A stretch of 64,000 nucleotides of DNA from Candidatus Methanomethylophilaceae archaeon. GTDB lineage: Archaea; Thermoplasmatota; Thermoplasmata; Methanomassiliicoccales; Methanomethylophilaceae. The notes under the pieces are model-generated. The model was given only the letters and a program-made list of their open reading frames with translations. It searched no databases and was not told the origin of the DNA. The stretch is taken from contig CALUHR010000013.1 in the NCBI GenBank assembly GCA_944320495.1, forward strand, positions 256,001 through 320,000, read 5' to 3'. This document shows positions 1-10,269 of this stretch, piece by piece; within the stretch, counting starts at the first letter, position 1, and the number at the start of each line of letters is the position of its first letter. The position numbers and the translations under genes are program-made.

Positions 1-1
1 G

Positions 2-361
2 TGGCAGGGTCCAGACGGTGTCAGGCACGTGAAGGAGTTCGGCAACACCGGCAGCAGGATGGGGGCCCTCGGCCCCGCCGGCGTGAAGGAGCCCTTCACC
101 GACGTGTCCGAGGAGGACAGCGTCGTCCGCGCCGTTGCGGAGATCCCCGGCGTGGAGAAGCAGGACATCGAGCTGTCCTGCACGAGGAACGTCCTGAGCA
201 TCAGGGTCAAGACCCCCGGCAGGGAGTTCGAGAAGGACCTGGCACTGCCCTGCGACGTGGACGTGGACTCCGCCAGGGCGGAGTACAACAACGGCCTCCT
301 CGAGGTCACCCTGGACAAGGTCTCCCCCTCCGACAGGGGCAAGACGATCAGCATCGCATGA
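2..361 (+). CDS. Hsp20/alpha-crystallin small heat-shock protein (5' truncated by window edge)
   Basis: Frame is open from position 2: WQGPDGVRHVKEFGN...EPFTDV...VAEIPGVEKQDI...ARAEYNNGLLEVTL, a typical archaeal sHsp; TGA stop. Confidence 0.9.
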   Translation, partial: WQGPDGVRHVKEFGNTGSRMGALGPAGVKEPFTDVSEEDSVVRAVAEIPGVEKQDIELSCTRNVLSIRVKTPGREFEKDLALPCDVDVDSARAEYNNGLLEVTLDKVSPSDRGKTISIA

Positions 362-364
362 TGC

Positions 365-382
365 CGGGGCCTCCGGGCCCCG
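365..382 (+). terminator. GC hairpin after hsp20
   Basis: cggggcc-tccg-ggccccg immediately after the stop; T-rich tract at about 410-425. Confidence 0.45.
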
Positions 383-445
383 CGGCCTTCCGCGGGTCCC
401 GTGCCTCCTCTTCATATGTTTTTATAGAAGCTCTGACACTAGTGA

Positions 446-1408
446 ATGACCAGTGAGACCATGGGCAGGACCGAACTCATCAACACGACACGTGCCATCC
501 TGGCCAAGGCGGGATTCGACGTTTCATCCGCGCTGAGCATGCGCGGGATATGCTTCGACGTTGTCGCCAGGCTGGACGACCGCGTCCTGATCATCAAGGT
601 CCTCAGCAACGTGGACGCGTTCTCGAAGGAGAACGCCGCGGAGATCAAGACGCTCTCCGAGGCCCTGGGCGCGACCCCGCTCGTCGTTGGGGAGAGGTCC
701 AGCTCCGGTGACCTGGAGCCCGGCATCGTCTACTCCAGGTTCAACATCTCCATAGTGTCGAACGAGACCCTGGCGGACCTCCTGCTGGAGGATTCGCCGC
801 CCTTCATATTCGCCGCGCCCGGCGGGCTCTACGTCAAGCTGGACGGCGCCCTGCTGAAGCAGGCGCGCGAGAGCATGGGCATGAGCCTCGGCGCCATGGC
901 CGAGATCGCCGGCGTGTCCAGGCGCACCATCCAGATGTACGAGTCCGGCATGGGCGCCATGATAGACGCCGCGCTCCGCATAGAGGAGAAGCTCGGCCTG
1001 CCGATCATCGAGCCCATCGATCCCTTCGAGTTCAAGAACGAGGAACGCGAGAAGGAGGAGAAGTCCGAGAACGCCCCCGTGGACACCTTCGCCGTGAACC
1101 AGCTCTGCAACCTCGGGTTCTCCGTCAGACCGGTGGTTCGCAGCCCGTTCGAGGCCGTGAGCACCGGCAACAGGTCGCTCATGCTGACCGCCTACGGGTC
1201 GGACGACGACCGTCTGGCACAGCGTGCGCTGGTAGCATCGGACATTGCGCGCATCATGGACCGCTTCTCCATCCTCATCGTGGAGCGCAAGCACGTGGAC
1301 AGGGACAACATCGATTCCACGGCTGTAGTCTCCAACGAGGAGCTCAAGAAGATAGACGCCCCCGAGGAGCTAACGGACCTCGTCGCCTCGAGGGGGTCCC
1401 GCAGATGA
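446..1408 (+). CDS. Archaeal putative HTH (XRE/Cro) transcriptional regulator, COG1395-like
   Basis: N-terminal FDVVARLDDRVLIIKVLSNVDAF; central HTH LKQARESMGMSLGAMAEIAGVSRRTIQMYE. Confidence 0.85.
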   Translation: MTSETMGRTELINTTRAILAKAGFDVSSALSMRGICFDVVARLDDRVLIIKVLSNVDAFSKENAAEIKTLSEALGATPLVVGERSSSGDLEPGIVYSRFNISIVSNETLADLLLEDSPPFIFAAPGGLYVKLDGALLKQARESMGMSLGAMAEIAGVSRRTIQMYESGMGAMIDAALRIEEKLGLPIIEPIDPFEFKNEEREKEEKSENAPVDTFAVNQLCNLGFSVRPVVRSPFEAVSTGNRSLMLTAYGSDDDRLAQRALVASDIARIMDRFSILIVERKHVDRDNIDSTAVVSNEELKKIDAPEELTDLVASRGSRR

Positions 1409-2016
1409 TCCACGTCGCCGTTGGCGAGTGCGAGGTGGACATCCTGCCGGTGGTCAACGGCATCGTGTCGGAGTGCGACAGGGTGCGTGAGGCCTACGGC
1501 GGATACGAGTCGTACGCCGCATCCATGGGCATCGAGGGCATCCAGGCGATAAGGGCCAGACTCACCCTGGACGGGGACGCCGAGGTCAGCGAGCTGGACA
1601 TCGCGTACGCCCGCAGGATGATGGCCCTCACCGGCGAGGAGGTGCAGATGCCCTCTCCCGCCATGTGCACCCTTGTGGACCTTGTGACCGCCGACGGCGG
1701 CAGCGTCATCGCCCTGGACATGAACGACGAGGAGTTCACCGAGATGTACTGCGAAACTGTGCCAGCCTTCGATTTCGTGAAGGAGCACCGCCTGGCCAAG
1801 AAGGGGCTGAAGAAGCGCTTCTCGTCCGAGACCCCCGAAGGGTTCGCCCTCGAGTGGGACGCGTACGTGAACACCGTCAAGAGCTACCGCCAGGTCTCCC
1901 TGAACCGCGAGAGGCACATGGCGGACGAGATCAGGGACATAGCCAGATACCGCCGCAGCCTCCTCGCCGTCATCGAGGTCGAGCGCGCCGAGGGCGTCGC
2001 ATCACTGCTGAGGCGA
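1405..2016 (+). CDS. Hypothetical protein (203 aa, CGA-terminated)
   Basis: ATGA overlap with the upstream gene. Protein-like sequence ends ...EGVASLLR-CGA(2014-2016), 4 nt before the next ATG. In the standard code it runs on to 3078 through the shadow frame of the next gene. Confidence 0.75.
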
Positions 2017-2020
2017 TACG

Positions 2021-3064
2021 ATGGCCTGCGACATGTGCGAGGAGTCCCGCGAGGCCGGGATGAGGTTCTGCCCCCATTGCGGCCAGCCCCTGGCCGCCGA
2101 CATCGTCCCGAAGGAGGAGCCGAAGCCGTTCCTCAAGACGGTCGTCGCCTGGACCACGGCCGTGGTCATGGCGCTCCTGGCTTTCGAGACCCTGTTCCTC
2201 ATCATAGGCGCCCCGGACGTCTTCGACTGGTGCCAGTACCACTCCATGGACGTCCTGGTGCTGATCCCCAACCTGGTGACCGCGTGCACCATATCGGGGA
2301 AGGCTCTGCAGCTCGCCTGGGTCCTGATCTTCGCCGCGGCCGTCGCATCCATAGCCATGGTGATCTGGAGGACGTACCGCCAGATCTCGGACAACAGCGA
2401 CGAGCCGGACTGCATCGAGAGGACCGACGCGTACGGGATGTCCAGGCTGTTCGCCGCATCCATAGCCCTGAGCGTGATATCCAGCATCTTCCTGATGTCC
2501 TTCGGGAACGGGATCGACGTGCCGGAGGACCTCCCCGTCGGGAGCGAGTCCTCCGCCATCCTCTCGTTCACCAACGCGGCGGTGTGGGAGGAGATCATAG
2601 CCAGGGTGGCCTACATCGGCCTGCCCATGGCGGTCATCGCGGCCGTGTGCGGGAAGGGGAGGGGTTCGTTCAGGTTCCTGCTCGGAGGGTTCGGCCTCAG
2701 CAAGGCCGCCGTCGTGCTGATCGTCGTCTCCTCGCTGATCTTCGGATTCGGCCACATGAGCGGATGGGGGCTGGAGAAGGTGCTCCCGACCACCCTGTCC
2801 GGACTGATAATGGGTTACGCGTTCGTGAGGTACGGCATCCACGTGTCCATCGGGATACACTTCCTGACGGACTTCCTCGGGGTGATCGCGGGACCGGACA
2901 CGATGACGCTGGCCGCGATATTCATCATGGCCATCCTGGTGCTCGGGATCCTCTGCCTCATCGACCTGCTGATCGGTCTGAATCGCTCGCTCGACGGAGT
3001 CCGCGACCTGCCGAACTGGGTCCCCGATCGGGAGAGCAGCGCCTCGAGGCGCGACAGCGACTGA
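2021..3064 (+). CDS. CPBP-family (CAAX protease-like) intramembrane glutamic endopeptidase with N-terminal Zn ribbon
   Basis: CDMC...FCPHCG Zn ribbon; many TM segments; motifs AVWEEIIAR, IFGFGH and IGIHF; GAGG RBS at 2010. Confidence 0.88.
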   Translation: MACDMCEESREAGMRFCPHCGQPLAADIVPKEEPKPFLKTVVAWTTAVVMALLAFETLFLIIGAPDVFDWCQYHSMDVLVLIPNLVTACTISGKALQLAWVLIFAAAVASIAMVIWRTYRQISDNSDEPDCIERTDAYGMSRLFAASIALSVISSIFLMSFGNGIDVPEDLPVGSESSAILSFTNAAVWEEIIARVAYIGLPMAVIAAVCGKGRGSFRFLLGGFGLSKAAVVLIVVSSLIFGFGHMSGWGLEKVLPTTLSGLIMGYAFVRYGIHVSIGIHFLTDFLGVIAGPDTMTLAAIFIMAILVLGILCLIDLLIGLNRSLDGVRDLPNWVPDRESSASRRDSD

Positions 3065-3786
3065 ACCGCGGACTCTAGGCTCTTGGATTCGATGATCCAG
3101 TTCCCGCGGTATCCGCGAAGACGCGAGACGACGTGACCGAAGTCGATGTCCCCGTCACCTATCGTCAGATGCTCGTCCCTCTGACCGTGGTTGTCGTGGA
3201 TGTGGATGTTCACCAGCCTGTCGGCGAACCTGTCGATCATGGCGTCGACCTGCCCCGTGGTGTTGGCGTGCCCGATATCGAAGGTCACACCGAGATCGGT
3301 GCCCTCGATGAGGCTGCCGAGGCTCTCGGCGGTCCTCCCCAGGAAGAACGGGACATTCGGCATGTTCTCGATCCCCAGCCTGATGTCCCTGCCGGCGACC
3401 AGCCTGTCCAGGGCCCTGAGCGACTCCCTGGCACGCACCATGGCGCGCTCCTCAGTTCCCGGCACGGACATGGACGACAACCCGGGGTGGGCCGTGACGA
3501 CCTTGGCGCCGAGCTCCTCGGCCGCCTCGATGTTCGCCACAGTCTCCTTCAGCGAGGCCTCCCTGAGCCTGTCGCTGAGGGCGGCGATGTTCCAGTCGCA
3601 TATGGGCGAGTGGACCTGCCTGGAGAGGCCGGCGGAATCCAGGATGCCCTTGATCGCTGGCGTGTCGCGGTAGACGATGTGGTCCGCCTCCGAGAATATC
3701 TCCCACAGGCGGAAGTGCTCGGAGATCGGTCCCGCCCACTCCGCGACTGGCGTCGCGCTGAACCCGGGGCAGGACACCCCGATCAC
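3028..3786 (-). CDS. Sugar phosphate isomerase/epimerase-family TIM barrel (AP endonuclease 2 fold)
   Basis: VHSP, AHPG, LGIENMP, VTFDIGHA, NIHIHDNHG and WIIE motifs. Ends ...LEALLS-CGA(3030-3028); standard-code end 2815. Confidence 0.85.
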
Positions 3787-4172
3787 GCTACGACCTCCTC
3801 CCCGTCGACGGTGATCGGCGCGACCCTGTCTATCAGGGCCTGGAGGTCCTCATCCTCGATGGTCACCTCTATCGCCCCCAGGACGGGGTTGCGGTCGGCG
3901 AAGGAGATCTTCCCGACGGTGGCGACCTGCTTGTTCAGCATCAGCCTGGTGCGGTTCCCCCTCATGTTGGAGATCATCACGGCGCGAGTGGCGTCCAGGA
4001 TGCGCTGCCTCCTGATCTGCTTCGAGAAGTGGTCCAGACCTGGGGCGGTGCCCCCGTACGCTCCCTCGCCGAGCTCCATGAAGGCGTCCGGGAATATGGA
4101 CATGACCGCCGAGAGGACCTTCTCGGGATCCTCGCTGGGGTTGACGGGGCATGAGATGCTGACTTGGACCAT
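3783..4172 (-). CDS. UPF0201 family RNA-binding protein
   Basis: VNPSEDPEKVLSAVMSIFP...QRILDATR...LNKQVATVGKISF. Confidence 0.85.
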   Translation of the reverse strand: MVQVSISCPVNPSEDPEKVLSAVMSIFPDAFMELGEGAYGGTAPGLDHFSKQIRRQRILDATRAVMISNMRGNRTRLMLNKQVATVGKISFADRNPVLGAIEVTIEDEDLQALIDRVAPITVDGEEVVA

Positions 4173-4325
4173 GACGGGCAGATGGTCGTGCGCGTACTTA
4201 TCGGCGACGGACGACGTCTACTCAATTCTGGGTTGATAATTTCACAACATATTGTATATATGGTTTTTCCAGGATATAGCCAGCGTTCCAGCAACCTTTC
4301 TATACCACCCTACTCTGGGTCGGGT

Positions 4326-5549
4326 ATGAAGAACAAGGAAGGAGGATTCACGCCGACGAGGGTCACTTTGATAGCCCTCCTGCTGAGCTCCATGCTCATC
4401 CTGATGGGTGGAGCCGCCGTGGCGCCCGCGCTCAACGAGATCAAACTCGCATTCCCCGGAAACGACTTCCTCACATCGCTCATCATCACACTGCCGTCGC
4501 TGGCCGTGGCCATCGTCGGTTACGCCATCGGTGTGGCCGCCGACAGATTCGGCAAGGTCAGGGTCCTGCTGACCGCCCTCGCGATATTCATCATCGCCGG
4601 AGTGGCAGGATACTTCCTCCCGACGCTGGAGACGATCCTCGTGGCCAGGTTCGTCCTGGGCATCGGCATCGCTGGGATCACCAGCACGGTCACCGCGCTC
4701 ATCGCCGAGTACTACGCCGGCATCGACAGGGTCCGCGTCCTGAGCTACCAGTCCGCCGCAATGGGGATCGGCGTCCTCATCCTGGAGTTCACCGGCGGGA
4801 CGCTCGCCGAGATATCCTGGAGGACCCCGTTCCTCGTGTACCTCATCGGCATCCCCATCCTGATCATGGCCATCCTCTCCATGAGGGAACCCACCATGTC
4901 CGACAGGGACAGGGCGGAGATCGAGGAGATCGCCCACAAGATGAGACCGAAGAGGGTGGACCACGGCATCGTCGCGCTCTGCTATATCTCCGTCTTCTTC
5001 TGCATGAACCTGGTGTTCCTGCTACCCACCAGCATCCCCATCGTCCTCGCGGACCTGGGGGTGTCGTCCTCCATCGTCGGGCTGTTCCTGGGATTCCACG
5101 GGGTGGCGAACGCCGTGCTCAGCATCAACTACGGCAGGCTGACCACCCGCATCCCGCCCTTCAGGATCCTCGGGATGGGATTCCTGTGCATGGGGATCGG
5201 CCTGGCGGTGCTCATCATGTGCCCAAGCGTGCCCCTGGCGATCTTCACGCTGATCATCACCGGCGTGGGAGTGGGCATGATCGTCCCCTCCCTGGTGAAC
5301 ACCCTGGCGGGACAGATCTCCAGCTCCAACTCCGGGAAGATCATGGGAGGGTACGGGACTTGCCTGAACTTCGGGCAGTTCGCCATCTCCCTGATCAGCG
5401 TGCCCCTGCTGGCCTTCCTGCACGACTCCTACTACGAGATGTACTGCCTCATGGGCGTCATCGCCGTGATCTACGGCATCGTCATCGCAGCCTGGAGCGT
5501 CGGGTACTACCGCCGCAGGTCCGAAAGGGCCGTTGCCATGACTGACTGA
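4326..5549 (+). CDS. MFS transporter
   Basis: 12-TM pattern with the motif GVAADRFGKVRVL; ATG at 4326 (the ORF-track 5' extension is unlikely). Confidence 0.9.
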   Translation: MKNKEGGFTPTRVTLIALLLSSMLILMGGAAVAPALNEIKLAFPGNDFLTSLIITLPSLAVAIVGYAIGVAADRFGKVRVLLTALAIFIIAGVAGYFLPTLETILVARFVLGIGIAGITSTVTALIAEYYAGIDRVRVLSYQSAAMGIGVLILEFTGGTLAEISWRTPFLVYLIGIPILIMAILSMREPTMSDRDRAEIEEIAHKMRPKRVDHGIVALCYISVFFCMNLVFLLPTSIPIVLADLGVSSSIVGLFLGFHGVANAVLSINYGRLTTRIPPFRILGMGFLCMGIGLAVLIMCPSVPLAIFTLIITGVGVGMIVPSLVNTLAGQISSSNSGKIMGGYGTCLNFGQFAISLISVPLLAFLHDSYYEMYCLMGVIAVIYGIVIAAWSVGYYRRRSERAVAMTD

Positions 5550-5627
5550 GCCTTGCGGCCCGGGATTTCCCGGGTCGCCGAACACCTCTACGAAGGTACT
5601 TTACCGACGGCGGACATCGGGTCCCTC

Positions 5628-7070
5628 ATGAGGGAGGAGATACTGTCCGCGGCGGCCAAGCGCAAGCTTTTCTTCGCGCCGGACGCCCTCGAGATGATCC
5701 TGTCGAACGATCATCCCATGGAGTTCACGAACACCGTCTTCTCCAACCTGTCCAAGAACGTCATGTTCGTCAGCAAGCAGGACGTCCTGGACTGCATCGC
5801 CGGGGACAAGGTCATCTTCGAATCCCCGAAGGAGATCGTCCCCCGCAACAAGTTCACCTCGGACATCCATGTCATGGAAGGGTCCGACATCACCGGCGAG
5901 TCCACCTGCGAGGGGAAGATCAACGACTTCGCCCAGTACTTCCGCGCCCGCTTCTTCTCGTTGAAGAGGCTCATCGAGAAGCGCCCGGACTTCGGCAGGG
6001 GAATGGACATCTCCCGCGCCAAGACCCTGGACAGGGAGGTCAAGGTCGTCGGCATCGTGTACGAGAAGAGCACCACCAAGAACGGCCACACGATGCTGAC
6101 GATCGAGGACGATACGGACACCATCAAGGTCTTCATCGCCAAGGACTCGCCCCTCTCCGGGGAGACATTCGTCGACGACGAGGTCATCGGCGTTCTCGGC
6201 AAGCCGAACATGCAGAGGACCATGATCATCCCCGAGAAGATCTTCCGCCCGGACATACCCCGCAACCATCAGTGGGAGCCCTCGGACACGTCGTCGAAAG
6301 TCGCGTTCCTCTCCGACGTGCACGTGGGCAGCACCACGTTCCTGGAGAAGGACTGGGAGAGGATGACCGCCTGGCTCAGGGCCAACTCCGAGAAGGAGAA
6401 CATCAACTACCTCGTGTTCCCCGGCGACGTCGTCGACGGAATCGGCGTGTTCCCCGACCAGGACAAGGAGCTCCAGATCGCCGACATCGACGACCAGTAC
6501 GCCAGGCTCGCCGAGTACCTCAAGGAGATCCCCGACCACATCAAGATGGTCATACACCCGGGCAACCACGACGCAGCCAGGCTGGCGGAGCCGCAGCCCG
6601 CGCTGAACAAGAGATTCACCACGGGGTTCGACTCCAACGTGCTGCTCCTGGGTAACCCCGTATATCTGGACATCGAGGGCAGGACCGTGCTCACCTACCA
6701 CGGCAAGGGCCTCGACGACTGGATCGCCGGGGTGCAGGGCCTGACCTACGACAATCCGCTGGCCGTCATGAGGCAGATGTGCGTCCGCAGGCACCTGGCA
6801 CCGATCTACGGACAGAGGAACGCCCTCGCGCCGGAGAAGAAGGACTACCTCGTGATGGAGCACGTGCCGGACATATTCGTCACCGGCCATGTCCACGGGG
6901 CGGGCCAGGAGATCTACAACGGCGTGCGCATGATCAACGCATCCACATGGCAGTCCCAGACCGAGTATCAGAGGCAGCACAACTTCAACCCGGACCCGGG
7001 GATCATGCCCGTGGTGGACCTCGGCACCGGAAGGATCAGGATGCACAGCTTCCATGAGGAGAGCACGTGA
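5628..7070 (+). CDS. polB: DNA polymerase D (Pol II) small subunit DP1
   Basis: OB fold plus calcineurin-like phosphoesterase motifs SDVHVGS, GDVVDG, PGNHD, YHG and TGHVH; ASTWQSQT. Start chosen at ATG 5628. Confidence 0.93.
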   Translation: MREEILSAAAKRKLFFAPDALEMILSNDHPMEFTNTVFSNLSKNVMFVSKQDVLDCIAGDKVIFESPKEIVPRNKFTSDIHVMEGSDITGESTCEGKINDFAQYFRARFFSLKRLIEKRPDFGRGMDISRAKTLDREVKVVGIVYEKSTTKNGHTMLTIEDDTDTIKVFIAKDSPLSGETFVDDEVIGVLGKPNMQRTMIIPEKIFRPDIPRNHQWEPSDTSSKVAFLSDVHVGSTTFLEKDWERMTAWLRANSEKENINYLVFPGDVVDGIGVFPDQDKELQIADIDDQYARLAEYLKEIPDHIKMVIHPGNHDAARLAEPQPALNKRFTTGFDSNVLLLGNPVYLDIEGRTVLTYHGKGLDDWIAGVQGLTYDNPLAVMRQMCVRRHLAPIYGQRNALAPEKKDYLVMEHVPDIFVTGHVHGAGQEIYNGVRMINASTWQSQTEYQRQHNFNPDPGIMPVVDLGTGRIRMHSFHEEST

Positions 7071-7834
7071 CGGATCCGGCCGCGATCAGAGAGGGCATCA
7101 TCGCCTATTCGAGGGGACTCGGGGCGACGCTCGTCCGCATGTGCCCCACGGACAGATGGTCAGAGCATCCGATCCAGTCGGAGATGTTCCGTCCCAGGAG
7201 CATCTGGCCCTGGGCCGAGACGGCGATCGTCCTGGGCATCCCCCTGTTCGCTCCCATGGTCGCCACCACACCGTCCATGGTCTATCAGGAGCTGTACCAC
7301 ACGAGCAACCGCATACTGGACGACATGGGCTATCGCCTCTCGTCGCATCTGACCTCGGAGGGGTACCGCGCGATGTACTTCCCAAGGGACTGCTACTTCA
7401 GCGTCGAGGCACTGCTCGACCGTCCCGCTGCCGCGTTCTCCCATGTGCTGTCGGCGTACTACGCGGGCATGGGTACAATCGGGGACAGCCACAACCTCAT
7501 CACGAAGGAGTACGGACCGAGGGTCCGCATGGTCACCGTCCTGACGGACGCCATACCGGAGTGCGACGACATGCTCGATGAGGACCTCTGCATCCACTGC
7601 GGGAAGTGCCTGAGGGAGTGCCCGTCGAAGGCGTTCACCGACAAGGGAGAGGGCATCTACGACATGGACGCTCGCGCATGCACGGAGTACCACCTGGAGC
7701 TGAAGAGACAGCGTCACTGGCCCTGCGGGAGATGCATCGCCGTCTGCCCGGTGGGAGAGGACCTGAGGTCATATCGCGGATCGAAGATCGCCACCGACCA
7801 GGGGATCGGACATTGCAGAACGTACGGATCCCGA
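7067..7834 (+). CDS. Epoxyqueuosine reductase (QueG)-like / reductive-dehalogenase-like 4Fe-4S protein
   Basis: FSHVLSAYYAGMGTIG, YGPRVRMVTVLTD, CIHCGKCLRECP, CGRCIAVCP. Ends CGA(7832-7834) directly followed by TAA(7835-7837). Confidence 0.8.
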
Positions 7835-8060
7835 TAACAATTGCACATCGGACGTTCTGACGAACAGTGAACCATCCTTTCTGCGGGATGTCCTCAGGGA
7901 CCATCGCAGGAGCGCTCGCCGTTGATGACTATCGAATGTCGTTCAACATTTCTGACTACGATTTCAACATAGTAATATCGATACAATCGATTGTCAATTC
8001 ATGAAATTCGACATGCAATCCCTTCGAGGGGATGCGATATGAAAACGTAGATGGTATAAT

Positions 8061-8078
8061 CCCCGCCTTCCGGCGGGG
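8061..8078. terminator. Hairpin downstream of the ATP synthase operon
   Basis: ccccgcc-ttcc-ggcgggg, 10 nt after the stop of the last operon ORF. Confidence 0.55.
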
Positions 8079-8088
8079 GTTAAGGGGT

Positions 8089-8244
8089 TTATTGGAACAG
8101 ATAGGTGTAGGCGAGGATTCCGACGATGAGGAGCGCCCCGAGCATCAGCATCCCGTAGGATATGATGTATATCGCGGAGAACGCCCGCTTGAACTTCACG
8201 GGGTCCTCCTTGATGTCCTCCAGGCGGTCCTCTATCGACTTCAC
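8089..8244 (-). CDS. Small single-pass membrane protein (51 aa), last ORF of the ATP synthase operon; absent from the ORF track
   Basis: GTG start overlaps the atpD stop (GTGA), with GAGGTGGAGG upstream. MKSIEDRLEDIKEDPVKFKRAFSAIYIISYGMLMLGALLIVGILAYTYLFQ-TAA; host-like codon usage. Confidence 0.7.
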   Translation of the reverse strand: MKSIEDRLEDIKEDPVKFKRAFSAIYIISYGMLMLGALLIVGILAYTYLFQ

Positions 8245-8876
8245 TCCTCCACCTCACCCTTTCCCTTGAGGTGTTTGAGACGGGTGGTGTTCTCGCGGTC
8301 CATCTCCTCGAGACGGAACTTGACGAACCTCTCCGACTCCTTGAGCTCGGGGATTATCTTGAACTCAAGGGCGTTGACACGCCTCTTGGTCTTCTCGATC
8401 TCGTCGAGCAGCTTCTTCATGGTGGTCTCCACCTCGGCGGCGCGGACGAGCGTGTCGAGAAGCTTCTCGAACGCCGCTGCGGCCTCCTCGATGTAGGCGG
8501 ATGTCGAGATCACACCATAGCCTTTGTCGAGCATGCTGGTGTGGATCCTCTCGGCCTCGACCTTGGGGACCATCATTCCCATGATGCTCTTGCTCCCGAG
8601 CTTGACCTGCGGGTCTGCCTTGAGGGCGTACGCCGCGCTCTTCACGGCGATCTCTCCCTCGACCGCTCTGGCGATGGTGATCTTCTCCATTGCCGACTCG
8701 TAGTCGGAGGAGACGCCCTCACGCATCTTCCTCGCCTTCTCCAGGACCTCGAAGAACTCGATGATGAGGCCGTCCCTCTTCATCTTCAGGATCTTGTACC
8801 CTCCCTGGGAGAGCTTGATCCTCTTCTTCAGGTCCAGGAGGACGGAGCGGTTGGGGGTGACATCGTGTGCGGCCAT
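8241..8876 (-). CDS. atpD: A/V-type ATP synthase subunit D
   Basis: VTPNRSVLLDLK...ILKMKRDGL...KTKRRVNALEFKIIP. Confidence 0.97.
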   Translation of the reverse strand: MAAHDVTPNRSVLLDLKKRIKLSQGGYKILKMKRDGLIIEFFEVLEKARKMREGVSSDYESAMEKITIARAVEGEIAVKSAAYALKADPQVKLGSKSIMGMMVPKVEAERIHTSMLDKGYGVISTSAYIEEAAAAFEKLLDTLVRAAEVETTMKKLLDEIEKTKRRVNALEFKIIPELKESERFVKFRLEEMDRENTTRLKHLKGKGEVEE

Positions 8877-8880
8877 GGGA

Positions 8881-10269
8881 TCACTTCTTCGGCAGGTACT
8901 TCTCGATGTACTTGCGGTCGATCCTGGTCAGCTGGTCGAGGTCGAGCTCGGTGAAGATCTCCCATCCGATATCGAGGGTCTCCTCGATCGAACGGTCCTC
9001 GTCGATGCCCTGGCGGACGATGCGGTCCTCGAAGATGTCGGCGAAGTCCAGGAGCTTCCTGTCCTTGGCGGAGAGGGAGTCCTTTCCGACGATGGCCACG
9101 AGTCCGCGGAGGTCCTTACCCTCGGCGTAGGACGCATAGAGCTGGTCGGAGACCGCCTTGTGGTCCTCACGGGTCTTGCCCTTTCCGGTTCCGCCTCCCA
9201 TCAGCCTGGACAGGGACGAGGAGACGTTGACCGGCGGGTAGATACCGTTCCTGTGGAGCTCCATCGACAGAACGATCTGACCCTCGGTGATGTAACCGGA
9301 GAGGTCGGGGATCGGGTGGGTGATGTCTCCGCCGGGCATGGTCAGGATGGGGATCTGGGTGATGGAACCCTTCTTGCCCTTGATCCTTCCCGCACGCTCG
9401 TACAGCTGGGCGAGGTCGGTGTACATGTAACCGGGGTAACCGCGCCTTCCGGGCACCTCCTCACGGGCCGCTCCGATCTGACGGAGGGCCTCGCAGTAGT
9501 TGGTGATGTCGGTCATGATGACCAGCACCTGCATGCCCAGGTCGAACGCCATGTACTCCGCGGTGGTGAGACCGAGACGCGGGGTGAGGGTACGCTCGAC
9601 GGCGGGGTCGTCGGCGAGGTTCAGGAAGACGACGGCGTTCTTCAGAGCGCCGGTCCTCTCGAACTCCTTCATGAACATCTGCTTCTCTTCGTTGGTGATA
9701 CCCATGGCGATGAACACCACAGCGAACTCCTCGTTCTCGCCGCGGACCTTGGCCTGCCTGGCGATCTGAAGGGCCATCTCGTTGTGGGGGAGACCGGACT
9801 GCGAGAAGATCGGCAGCTTCTGTCCCCTGACGAGGGTGTTCATTCCGTCGATGGTCGAGATTCCCGTCTGGATGAAATCGGACGGGCTGTCCCTGGCCCA
9901 CGGGTTGATGGCGGCTCCGGTGATGTCGACCTCCTTCTCGGGGACGATCCTGGCTCCGCCGTCGAGGGGCTCTCCGGCTCCGGAGAGAACCCTTCCGAGC
10001 ATGTCCTTGGAGACGGGCATCTTCATGGTCTCGCCGAGGAAGCGAACGGACGCATCCCTGTCGACACCGGAGGTGCCCTCGAAGACCTGGACGACGACGA
10101 TGTCGTTGGACGAGTCGAGGACCTGTCCCCTCCTCATGGTACCGTCGGACATCCTGATGTTGACCATCTCGTAGTAACCGACGGGCTCGGTGTTCTTGAC
10201 GTACACCAGAGGTCCGGCGATCTGGGAGATCGTCTTGTACTCTTTGGATACTTCTGCCATGTGAATCAC
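8881..10269 (-). CDS. atpB: A/V-type ATP synthase subunit B
   Basis: [23 protein letters not shown]; [19 protein letters not shown]. Confidence 0.98.
   Translation of the reverse strand: MIHMAEVSKEYKTISQIAGPLVYVKNTEPVGYYEMVNIRMSDGTMRRGQVLDSSNDIVVVQVFEGTSGVDRDASVRFLGETMKMPVSKDMLGRVLSGAGEPLDGGARIVPEKEVDITGAAINPWARDSPSDFIQTGISTIDGMNTLVRGQKLPIFSQSGLPHNEMALQIARQAKVRGENEEFAVVFIAMGITNEEKQMFMKEFERTGALKNAVVFLNLADDPAVERTLTPRLGLTTAEYMAFDLGMQVLVIMTDITNYCEALRQIGAAREEVPGRRGYPGYMYTDLAQLYERAGRIKGKKGSITQIPILTMPGGDITHPIPDLSGYITEGQIVLSMELHRNGIYPPVNVSSSLSRLMGGGTGKGKTREDHKAVSDQLYASYAEGKDLRGLVAIVGKDSLSAKDRKLLDFADIFEDRIVRQGIDEDRSIEETLDIGWEIFTELDLDQLTRIDRKYIEKYLPKK

Noticed and set aside
7867-7881. 15-nt match gtgaaccatcctttc shared with 51679-51693
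   Set aside because: It does not extend on either side, and a few 15-mer matches are expected by chance in 64 kb.
7923-7955. C/D-box sRNA (TGATGA...CTGA)
   Set aside because: Spacing is too short and no convincing D'/C' boxes are present.
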